This document shows, piece after piece, positions 13,201-23,958 of a stretch of 64,000 bases of DNA. The notes under the pieces were generated by a model. That model had not been told where the DNA came from. It did no database searches and saw only the letters and a program-made list of their open reading frames with translations. A program made the position numbers and the translations under genes. The DNA lies in NCBI GenBank assembly GCA_002633005.1, contig NMRA01000415.1, forward strand, positions 62,001 to 126,000, written 5' to 3'. Origin of the DNA: Phoronis australis (taxonomy: Eukaryota; Animalia; Phoronida). The stretch's first letter is position 1. Each line of letters opens with the position of its first letter.

Positions 13201-16200
13201 TTGTTCTGTTGCGCGAAGCTGTCAGATGACTGAAATTGGAACTCAACCCGGACTAGGCATGAATGGCGCAGGCATACAGGGACGACAGTGTCCATAAACA
13301 GTTATTCACTTCAAAATGCAGCAAAAATGAAACATGCATGTGTGCTCATAGAGTAATAATTACCACAAACCCTGACTCTGGACATAATTTAGTCTACAAA
13401 TAACTTGAACATATCCATGAAAACCTCGAGGTTCACTTGGCGCTATTTTGAGGAAGTTACGTGAAATCACGCTTGTTGACGAACAAAAAGTCCAAAAGAC
13501 ACAACTCGTACAAATTTCACTTGATATTTTCTCATGGTAATTTGCAAGTGTCACGCTCCAGGTCGCGCGCCAAGTCTCGCGCTTCACTCAGTCTCGCATT
13601 ACCCTTTGCCTCATACTCACCTGACTCAGTTGAAATACTTTGTGGTTATCTCTCGCGCGGTCAAAGTTACCAGTAACCACAAAGTGGAGTTGGAATTTTT
13701 TTTCCAAAGTCACCTGATTTCCCGTAGTTATGCTTTCTCAAAGATATGTTTAGAAGCAGAAAGAATAGAATCATTGAAGAAAGTAAGCGCCTTGTTAAGT
13801 GATAATTTTAGGTGTAGTATGTATTTTTGACGAGGTGAAAACTGATTTCGCCTACCGCCCGTTTAAAATACACGTGACGAAATTAGTATCGAACGCAATA
13901 CAACGTATTGTTGTGCGAATCTGAATTTCATTTGCTATAATAGCGATGCTTATTTGGCATTTTTCGAACTAAACGGCTAAAAACTCAAAGAAAATGACAG
14001 AATACACTCTGCTACCGTTTTGGGCAAATGGCCAAACGGCAAGCTTTTGCACCACTTTTATATAAATTATAGTCTATAGGTACGTTTTGAGCACAATTAA
14101 TTGTAAAAAAATTGTTATTCGGCAAAACTTTAATTTCATGAACCTCTATTAGTAAAGCATACTTAAACTAGTGTGAAAGGCATTGATTTGTTAAAAAGTA
14201 AAAACTTGTGCCTTTATTTCGGTCACGTAACCATGTCTTTTGAATTCACTGTAGCAAAATAATACGCATTTTTGCAACACTATTATTCTTAAAACCTGGC
14301 AAAATGTAACGGAATGTACAACATCGTGTTCTTTAGACTTGCACATTAATAGATCACAGAGGAATACGTTATAACAAGTTACACGTTGCCTAAATTGGTG
14401 TTCTCTATTTCCATCTGTTTATTTGGAATAAGCGTTTGAGATGTTCTTTCAGTGAAAATCTTAAGTTACATGGCTATCAAAAACAATATGTCTCGTGAGT
14501 TAACTGCCACTGACATCGCAGGTTTTTGCAAAAATACCATCAAACGGATAACACATACACTTGAAACAGTCGAAATATGTTTAATTATCACCTCCAAACA
14601 ACTGCCTCAGACGCATCCGTGTAATGCTGAATTTAACGGATTGCATTCATGCTTCATACTCGTGGATTAGTTAAACTTAAGTGCGACGTGAAACCACCAG
14701 TGTTCTGAAAACATCTTTTCAATATATGCTAGTGGTGTTGTGACTTCTGGTTTTGTTAAGACATTACGGGCTTGTAACTAAATCATATCATGTCTAGGAC
14801 AGCGTTGGATCATGTGCAAACTAGTGAAACATACCACCGATGCTGTTAACATAGCTTACAAATGTGTCAATTTATTTTCAGAAGTACCGGATAGTGCGCG
14901 GAAACTTCATCGTGAGCTGTTACGTGAGGTTGCTGGGAGTCTCATTAAGAGTGATTTTAAAAGGCTAAAGGCAGAGTGTAAAGACTGGATAGAGTAAGAA
15001 AAATAACATTGTGTGTTTAGGAACTGCACAGTGACTACAAACAATTGTGAGCGTATTAAGCAACCCTGTAAAGTTACCGTGACGACTGTTTCAGTCGGTC
15101 AAGGACCACCAATTTCAAAAGGAAATAAAATGCGCATTAAGCTGTTGATTCCGTAAAAATCACCGAGAGTTTCCTCTCCGATAACAGCCTTAAACCTGTT
15201 TTGTTTAACCATCGATGAAATCGTCTGCAACTGTCGATAACCAGTCAAGTTACATCCGGGAAGTGTAATGAAGGCAACAACAGTGACATGAAATGCCACG
15301 TCATCACCATAGCTTCAGAGCTCTAAATAACCAGCAACATACTGGTCCTGTGTGCCCAATGACTCCTTCTTGCGTAGTATATTTTGCAGGTTCTTTACAG
15401 ATTATACCGAGTGGTTTAGTTTTTTGATCGTTACTAACAACGTACCTATAGACGTTTCTTTTGTTTGAGGGGTGATATTCTCTCAGTAGTTTAATAGTTA
15501 CGTGGTTAGGAGTTTCCAATTGTTGCGTTCCAGTGGTTACACTCTGATTTTTCCAAATAAACGTTGCTGCAAAACTAACTTACATGTACCTTCAAACTGA
15601 AGAAGGCGGACACGTAAAGTTGTAGCCGTTATTTTCTCTTTGTTTCACTGTGACCAGAAGTTTTCAATTTAAATGTCAAATATCTCTCCTTGTACATTCC
15701 ATAGACGAAATTGAGCTGGAAGTGGTTTCCAACCTCTTTGTAAACTGAAAATATCTGTCCCTTTGTTAAACAGTAGCGATGTTTTGTCAGGTTCTTTGTG
15801 CTAATTGGAATAACTTCTATATTGGACTCAAATGTAGACTCTTGCGACTGACTATCACCTCAGACAAAAGCAACATCTATGGGCACTGTGACAGAAACAG
15901 TCACCAGGCTAATTCAGTCAATATTAACCGCAAAGAGCCTGTAATAAATCATTTTACCTTAATCTAAAGAGTCGCTGGCCATTCAAGACCAGTGTGCATA
16001 GCTAAGTGACCCTGCAGCTATGACGAGGATATCTTTAGTATTTCATGACACTTTTGTTGTACTCATTTCACTTCATTGATGGATCCGATCAGCCATGCTC
16101 CAAAGGCAAATTTGGCCATTTTTCGAGGCTCCAACATAGCCTGCACACCAGTGAGCGTCGTATGGCAAGTTTTGTTTTCTCAACACATTGTTCTCTTACA

Positions 16201-19200
16201 CCAGTCTGCATATTTGATGTGTCAGAAATATGTCATTTCTTCTGCCATTTTTCAGCTATTTAAAAAATGTTGAGTGGTAGATAGTCCAAGTTATACATTG
16301 TCAATGAAAACACTTCTAAATAGTTTAATGAGTTGTTAGAGTGGCCTAAGTCATCAGTAAATGGTGAAAGATCAAAGCTAATGTGTGTTGGTTGCAAACG
16401 GGAAGGGCACCATCCGCCTACCGTAATCAAGTGGCAGTGACGTGACAATGTTTATGAAATGTTGGTAGTCCTTCGGGTCCGAAGATGACTTAGGTTGTGT
16501 GTCTCATCGTCTATGTACACAAAAATGGCTCTGCAGTCCCAGTCTTGACGCGCAGAGTCGAGAACAGGTGGGGCATTGGAACTCCGTCGTGGTAACAGTG
16601 GTGGATGCTGCTGAGTGGCGTTTCTCTCGAGCAGCTTCGAGTCTCTTACAGCGGTCATCCTCAAAACTGGCAGTTTCTTTTCGAATCGTGGCTCGCCACT
16701 TTGGTCTCTCTCCTGCAACAGCTTTCAGCTCCTTGGGTTTGATGTTGCACCATGTCAGGTTGGCTTTGACGGTGTCTTTGTAACGAAGGCGAGGGCGTCC
16801 TTGCTTCCTTCTCCCAGTCTTCAGCTCGCCATACAAAAGCTGGCGAGGCATTCTGTAGTCCTCCATCCTGATGACGTGCCCCANNNNNNNNNNNNNNNNN
16901 NNNNNNNNNNNNNNNNNNNNNNNNNNNNNNNNNNNNNNNNNNNNNNNNNNNNNNNNNNNNNNNNNNNNNNNNNNNNNNNNNNNNNNNNNNNNNNNNNNNN
17001 NNNNNNNNNNNNNNNNNNNNNNNNNNNNNNNNNNNNNNNNNNNNNNNNNNNNNNNNNNNNNNNNNNNNNNNNNNNNNNNNNNNNNNNNNNNNNNNNNNNN
17101 NNNNNNNNNNNNNNNNNNNNNNNNNNNNNNNNNNNNNNNNNNNNNNNNNNNNNNNNNNNNNNNNNNNNNNNNNNNNNNNNNNNNNNNNNNNNNNNNNNNN
17201 NNNNNNNNNNNNNNNNNNNNNNNNNNNNNNNNNNNNNNNNNNNNNNNNNNNNNNNNNNNNNNNNNNNNNNNNNNNNNNNNNNNNNNNNNNNNNNNNNGCT
17301 GATATGGTGACTGGACCTGCTGCCTTATAGATCTCAGCAGGGATGCCATCCTTTCCTGAGGCTCTGTCACTATTCATCTGGGATATGGCTTTCTCAATCT
17401 CTTCTATGGATGGTGGTAAGTCCAGTTCTTCAAGCTCGGGTTGCTGCGGGATCTGTTCTAGAGCAGAAGGGTCAACTGTGGATGGTCTGTTTAGCAGAGT
17501 GCTGAAGTGTTCAGCCCAGCGGTCTCTTAGTCCTTCCTGGTCTTTGATGAGGCTCAATCCGTCGGAAGACAACAAAGGAGAGCATCCTGTTCTTGATAGG
17601 CGTAATTGAACCTGTATACATATCCATCATCTTTTTAGAACCTCTGGATGATGGTTGTTTCCACCATTGACCTACCTGATGCCATCAGCTATCAATAATT
17701 GCCGATTCGATTTTGTCCTCTTTCATCGTTACCGACGTCTTCTGGTTACACGTATGACCTTGATCTAGATTAGAGTTCCCCCATTAACAGGTCCAATTAA
17801 ACCGTTCAAGTAATAAGGTGTGACGTCATTGTACCTTCCGCTTGCACCCATCACATGCGACCTTTGATTTTCGCCACCTATTGGCCTTTTTACCTGATTT
17901 CGAGTCTGCTTGTTGGCGTACGTCTCCAAAATCCCTGCTCTAAGGTTCATTGCGAAAACTGGTCTATGTTTTGCTACTCAGAAGGTCACACATAACGGTG
18001 TCTTTCGGAAAGCTCCAATTACTGAGTCACCCCCAAGTTGCGGTTGCATTTTTTCCCTTGGTTTGCCGTTGTTTCGGATCGTAAATGTCTTGCAGGAAGT
18101 TTTCGAATTTGTATCTTTCTATTTCTCAGAACGTAACAACGGATAACAATTATTTCCTGAGGGTATCACTTACCGTTGTGATCTCTATGTCATGCTTTTT
18201 ACATTTACTCCCCATAATGGGAGCTCTTGGAAAGGTTTTCATGAAGCATAAAGACTTAGTTTTTATTAGAGAGACCAGATTAACACCTTTTAAGATATAT
18301 TGGACTCATTGTATGCCACATAGTGACCGTTTTATTACCATAAGACTGTGTGTTCAGCCCCTTATCTATTGGATAAACCACTGTAAAGATATTTCTGAAA
18401 ATTGGTATAAGTGTTCCTATTAGGTCCGGCTGGATTTTAAACTGGGTCCGGCTGATATGGCACACTCTCACGACAATTTCAACATTAAAACTGTGCCGTC
18501 CAATACTAGTTTCCTGGTTGATCATCACAAAAGTTGGCATGGGCATCTACTGGAGAGAGTACAAGTGACGTGGAATTTTGGTCAAATCTCAATTCTGCCG
18601 AGTTCGCTAGCTATACTTGTTTTCTATGAATATACATTGAAATCTACCTAGTTCTTAGATGGGTGTTCCTGATATCGTGCAACTAAGTTGTCATTTCGTA
18701 TACAACAACACGATGTCTGTTTCAGATGGATTTGACCTTTGTTCCCCCCCCCCTGTATCGTTTCCGCAATTTTTGTGTGGACTGTTTCCCTTTACCAAAT
18801 TTCTTGCAGGATCATAAAAATGGCAGGACGTGTTCCTGACTTGCTTTGCACGTGAATTTACTATGTTTGCAGCACTATTTAGTGAGAGTGTTTGAAATAA
18901 TGACATGCATGGTATGCAAAGCTCACACTTGGTGCAGATTAACGTTCCACGTTGCTCTTATTTTATCCGTTACTTCCGGAATACCTTTGACACATTTTTT
19001 GTGCAATATTTTCTGTGAAAATTTTGTTTTACTACAAGTTCGCCTATGACGGACAATAGATTCAAATTATAACATCGAATTTAATGTCGAGATTTCGAGT
19101 TTAGACTCAATTTGTTTAAACCCCAATAATAGTTTCATGAAGTGTAATCTCAGGTTAGACAGATATCCACCTTCGCCATTGCGTATAATATTAGACACTT

Positions 19201-20036
19201 TTCTTGCATAAGGTGGACTAGAAAATTACAAAAGTGCGGTTGCGATGGATATTGATTACAAAATTTAGACTTCAGAGTCTACTCACAACCTAGGGTGAAT
19301 ATTTTCACGTGAATTAAATAATATGGAAACCGTTCTTGTCAACATTAAGTTGATTCTCAATCTTACAGTCGTCATAGCGCGCTGAATTAAGTAGACGTAC
19401 GTAACTGAAATGAAAGTTCAAATGTTCTAACGAACCGTTCCTAATCAGACTTACATGTATATGGGCAGTCTCCAGGCTTGATTTTCGATTGACGTGGTCG
19501 TGAATGTTTTGTTGTTTTCAGACCAGCACAACTAGAGAAAATAACAGACACTTTGGAACTTCTAGACCAGTTCGAGAAGCGAGATATTATTAAATGTGGG
19601 GAGTATAGTAACTTAATCCATGTGCTTGGCGTGCTCGATTTGAACCAACTTAAGGGTCGAGTGGAAGGACTGTCACGTGCTATAAATGCACTAGGTATGA
19701 GGCAAGGGTTTGAAATATTTTCATGTATTGGCTTCTTGTGAGTAGCTATGGTTGTCTCTTATTTGTTTGAAAAGAATCAATGTAGGGTGTGAGTATCTCA
19801 TTTAAAGGCACATAAACGTACTTTCCATTCCCAGAATTGCTATTTTTTAAGAAATATAAAACCGAGTATGCATCGTGTTGTATAGTACAATACGTTTTAT
19901 GGATGAGATGTACCGCAACATGTTAAGTTTGTAATTGACAAAGGTTGTGCAATATTAATTCCATTTTATTAATTGCATTTTTTATTTTTAAGGTGTGGAT
20001 CTCTCAGCCACTGACGCCAGTCCCAACTTGACCTAG
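7211..20036 (+). CDS. ZU5 + putative UPA-like + C-terminal death effector domain (DED) protein, about 405 aa if started at ATG 7312; 5' end uncertain
   Basis: Exons 7211-7318, 8962-9806, 11549-11585, 14882-14993, 19522-19694 and 19993-20036 all have AG/GT boundaries and consistent phases (1,0,1,2,1). They give an open frame to TAG 20034-20036, with AATAAA at 20198. ZU5 signature: ATIDGVSGGVIRYKEVQVTVPPNAISG...CVTCTEEDATFSDPVEIRV...FYCRTFSILDI. DED: RKLHRELLREVAGSLIKSDFKRLKAECKDWIEPAQLEKITDTLELLDQFEKRDIIKCGEYSNLIHVLGVLDLNQLKGRV, alignable by eye to the FADD DED. Confidence 0.8.
7678..7870. repeat. ~87-bp tandem duplication (second copy carries an ~18-bp insertion)
   Basis: CAGTTGCCATTAGAAGGTAAAGATC...GCTGTCTATCTTGCAATTAGCTACTCTGCTATTAGAGCT...CCTACTGGCTACA is present twice, back to back. 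Confidence 0.9.
8005..8150. repeat. 27-bp minisatellite, about 5.5 copies (intronic)
   Basis: Unit GTGAGATCACTATGACCACCCTGTGCC, directly visible. Confidence 0.95.
11200..11390 (+). mobile_element. Truncated tRNA-derived SINE fragment
   Basis: Pol III B-box context AAGGTCATGGGTTCGAGTCCC at ~11205-11224; no complete cloverleaf; 3' boundary approximate. Confidence 0.4.
12514..12775. repeat. Degenerate 31-bp tandem repeat, about 8 copies
   Basis: Unit approximately CATGATCATGTGGTATTGTAGCTATGTAATA. Confidence 0.85.
13110..13256 (+). pseudogene. SAP-domain N-terminal remnant of a transposon accessory protein
   Basis: Reads MVNFTLITKTQLKRQW*NLGITVSGRRKCELVLLREAVR*LKLELNPD*. This fits the SAP pattern (..LK....GL.VSG.K.ELV.L), with in-frame stops. 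Confidence 0.5.
16455..17598 (-). mobile_element. 5'-truncated RTE-clade (BovB-like) LINE in intron of the ZU5-DED gene, spanning an assembly gap
   Basis: Pre-RT segment: SPLLSSDG...RWAEHFSTLLNRPS...PPSIEEIEKAISQMNSDRASGKDGIPAEIYK. C-terminus: GHVIRMEDYRMPRQLLYGELKTGRRKQGRPRLRYKD...CPTCSRLCASRLGLQSH, stop at 16504. The short 3' UTR has the hairpin GTCATCTTCGGACCCGAAGGAC. Confidence 0.92.
16884..17297. other. Assembly gap (414 N)
   Basis: Run of N. Confidence 1.
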
Positions 20037-20239
20037 CGTCCGCTGTGTTGGTCTTCATTGGTCTGATGGAAAACGACCGTACAGGGAGCGATCACTTTCG
20101 GCCGTGACACCAAGCAGCCCTTTGACAACGTGATCCAATACGTTCACATCATTGATATTTAAAGTGTAGTGTACGCAACATGACTCTACTACCTCAAAAT
20201 AAATTTTATTGTTATATCTTACTTGATTTCAGTGCCTTT

Positions 20240-21120
20240 AGTGCACAACTCATAAAGAAACACGTAAAAATTGAAAAAAATAATAATTATGTACAACGTC
20301 ATGGGTTGAACCCAAGTCGTTCGGCACACTGTTCGGATCAGCAACTAAGTGTATAGAGTGAAGTGAAAGTAAAGTATATTTAGCGTCGAGAAGGTTCGTA
20401 GAGGGATGAAAAGATGTGTTTGCGGAGGCTGCAGCAACAGCAGTCAGACGGAGAACGTCTCGGTGTTCCGAAGGACGCCAAAGTTGCGCAGTAGTGGCAT
20501 CGCTTCGTGCGCCGAACGAGAGTGTGGGACCTCAGCGTGTACCAAGCGATTCTGTCCGGAGCCACTCTGTGTTCTGCCCACTTTGAGGAGTCCTGTTTCG
20601 ACTCCAATCAGAGGAGATGTTACGATGAAGGCCTGGTTCATTAAAGGACGATATTTACTATTCAGAAACATCAGCCCTTTATTCAGGATCGTCTGTTGGA
20701 TGACTGTGTTGACTGGCCGAGCCCGAGGCCGCTTCTCTCGCGGGAAGATCCAGTTCGTAAGGCCTCAAAGTAGAAAAGTACGCAGCTGAAAACATATCAA
20801 ACTCGTTCTCGCTTTCGTGCAACCCCATTTCGTCATCCTGGCCACCATTCTCGTACGTTTCTTCATAGTATTTGTTCATGTCTTGCTCACAATCATCGCT
20901 TTCCAATTCCCTACTATCCGCCGTTGTTCAATGCTCATATCTTGTGTTCAACCCATGATGTCACATGGCGGGAAATGTGAAAATTGGCGAATTTGAAAGA
21001 GAAATCAAAATTTCGAGCTAATGACACAAAAGTAACCATGGATTTGGCTAAATTTTACGTCATACATTTAGTCTGTGGCCACCGGTATTTCGAACTGTGC
21101 AAAAATCCATGGTGTGCACT
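20240..21120. mobile_element. Internally deleted Kolobok-like DNA transposon (THAP 5' end converging on an acidic accessory-ORF 5' end)
   Basis: Terminal inverted 8-mer AGTGCACA (20240-20247) / TGTGCACT (21113-21120). Subterminal 21-bp inverted motif at 20296-20316 / 20941-20961. Two convergent truncated reading frames lie inside. Confidence 0.55.
20406..20643 (+). pseudogene. THAP zinc-finger pseudogene (transposase N-terminus)
   Basis: MKRCVCGGCSNS..., then after a frameshift PKDAKVAQ*WHRFVRRTRVWDLSVYQAILSGATLCSAHFEESCF. The C2CH ligands and the P, W, HF residues are present. Confidence 0.85.
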
Positions 21121-22455
21121 GTTTAGCTACACATGTACGTGAATCTTCGTCGGAAAATATACATGTGTAAACTGTTCCATGTCTAAGAGAACCATTTTGG
21201 CACCTGAAATTAAAACAGTTGCTTTTACCTTTGCTGTCAAAACAGCGAGGTGACGAGCAGTATCGTAATTTATTCAGTTTTATTTTAGTTTATGCGCTTA
21301 GTGGGGATGTCGCTTTTGGTATTTAAAACGTAGACTCGATAAGTATACTTCTTCATCGATTGACAGGCTCCTGGGAGTTAAGGTGGCAATGAACAGTTGG
21401 ACTGCGGCCGCGGCCAGTTTGCACTCCCAAAATATTAAAATCTAGGGTTGGGCCAGGCTTGGGGCAATTTTTATGTAGGTATTGTATGTAGGCCAAGTGA
21501 ATGTGATTTGTTTGTATTTGTTAACATGCTGAGAATTAAAAAGGTCACTTTCTTGGCTGTAGCTGCACTCTCCTTCAAGATGGTAGGCCCCTGTTGCAAT
21601 AGTGCAGGCGAGCATCGGCAGGGAAGTGGTGGTTTTGGGGTGAAAATGCCGATTTTGCATTTTTTGCCCTTATTTTTCTTAGACTAGCTTGGTTTCCACT
21701 GGGAGTGAAAGGGTCAAAAGTACAAGAAAGGACAAAGTTCCTGTGCTCATTTGTTGGGATTGTGATGTGAAATGACTCAACACTTTTCTTTATTTGCATG
21801 CCGTCTTTGACAGAGTGAAGAAAGGGTGAAGAGTCCATTGAGGTGTGTTCTCATAGGCAAACCCCTGTGGGAACTGTTCAATGCCTCCTAAGCCCTTCCT
21901 CGGTGACACCGTCAATGACTTAATTCTTGAAAGGCTTCGGGCAGTTGAGCCATTCCCCAATAGTCATGAAAGGCTCCAGGGAGTTGAGCACATCCATAAT
22001 GACGCAGTGTATTCATCAATGTCACTATCTATTGATAACCATTTCACAATGGAGCAGCATTCCTATTTCTCATAAGCATCACCTTATGGAACGGTAATAT
22101 TTACTTGTGGCAATGCTTTAACCAAAGTAAAACATTAATGTTGTTAATTTTCTTCTTCAGGAGCCTAGTGAACATTTTAACATTATACATGTACTATACA
22201 AGCTTACACATAACTGTGTCAGACTCTTCTATATTTTATACATGTACGAATATCTGGTGTAATTTGGTGGAAATTTTGTCGTGGTACTGGTCAAAAGATA
22301 CGATATATTTTTGCGTGTGAAACCTGTTCAGCTTTAACATTGTCCAGTTTATATTTGATCTATTGTTCCTTCCCAAAACGGATGTTGCTTTTCCGTTGTA
22401 TGAAAGTCCAGCTCCGTATGAGGTAACCGCTATAGTCTAGTACTCAAACTTCTCT

Positions 22456-23958
22456 GACACGGTTGCATGTTTGGCCTATTATCATTATTATAATTATTAT
22501 TATCATTACTATTCTAAAAATATGTGAATGACTTACATACTGTAACAGAAATGTGTGCATGTTTGCTTTTTCCTTTAGTTTATCATCACAGACTCAATTC
22601 ATTGTACACTGAAGGTTTAGCAAATTGTGCAGATCAGCACATAGACAACACCAGCAGCACCCTCTACTGTAAAACTAAGAAATGATAGCCGGACGTATAC
22701 TTTTCATAAAAAAACAATGATAGGGATTTTGTTTTGTCAATGTATTCAGCAGAAAACTACGGAAAGCGATAAAAATGTAGTTCACCAACTTCTACTCTGC
22801 TTCCATTTAAGAGGACGGACAGATTTTGGAACACATGACGAACACATAGACTTCACTTTTTCAATATTTTCATTTGACCGACTGTTACATGTACCTGTCA
22901 TGTCCTTTTACGTGTTGGTCTTACGCTCTCATGAGCATATTTACTGTGTCATTATTCTGTTGCTGATACTGATCAGTTCACTTGTATTCCCGTGGATTTG
23001 TTGAATTTGTTGCTATCCAGTGTAACTAGGGAATGTTCTTTTGTTTGCAAAATCAAGGATTCAGTTCACTTTTCAGTGACAAAGTTAATTTCTTCACCAA
23101 GCGTTGTAATATTTAAATCACCTACAAATTACGATAGGAATTGTTCTAAGACCTCTTCGACTCCCATGCCAACTACTTTCTCGATCCACGACCCCCTCAA
23201 CCCACGACTCACAAATCCCTTGACCCCGTCTACACAAGCTCTATTAGATCTGAGCATACAACAAGCGCTGACATGGTTGCATATTTGGCCTATCATTATT
23301 TTTATTCATAAAGTGTGTGAATGACTTAAATACTGTAACAGAACTGTGTGCATGTTTGATTTTTCCTTTAGTTTATCACCACAGCTAGACGTATACTTTT
23401 CATAAAAAACAATGATAGGGATTTTTCTTGTTAATGTATTCAGCAGAAAACTACGGAAAGTGATGAAAATCTAGTTCACCAACTTCTACTCTGCTTACAT
23501 GTAAGAGGACGGACAGATTTTGGAACACATGACGATCATACATTATATGTTTCACTTTTTAAATAATTTCATTTGACCGACTGTTACATGTACATATTAT
23601 TCCCTTTTACGTGTTGGTCTGACGCTCTCATGAGCATTTTTACTGTGTCATAATTCCGTTGATGATACTGATCAGTTCACTTGTATTTCCGTGGATTTGT
23701 TGAATTCCCTTAGCTATCCAGTGTACTTTAAGGAATGTTCTTTTGTTTGCAAAATCAAGGGTTCAGATCACCTTTCCTTGAGAATGTTAATTTCTTCACA
23801 CACAGTTGTATTATTTAAATCAACTACAAATTCTTATTGGAATTGTTCTAAAACCTACCCGACTACCATCCCAACGACATTCTCGACCCACAAATCACAA
23901 CTCGCTTCACTCCATCTACACAAGCTGTACTCCATCTGAACATAAAACAAGCGCTCAC
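22456..23958. repeat. Diverged ~0.8-kb tandem duplication (22456-23269 and 23270-23958)
   Basis: Collinear blocks GGTTGCAT.TTTGGCCTAT, ATGTATTCAGCAGAAAACTACGGAAAG, GATACTGATCAGTTCACTTGTATT and ACAAGCGCT occur in both copies. Copy 2 lacks ~100 bp. Confidence 0.92.

Noticed and set aside
16615-17310. Long ORFs of 143-304 aa in the track
   Set aside because: Length is an artefact of translating N; only the RTE frames are real.
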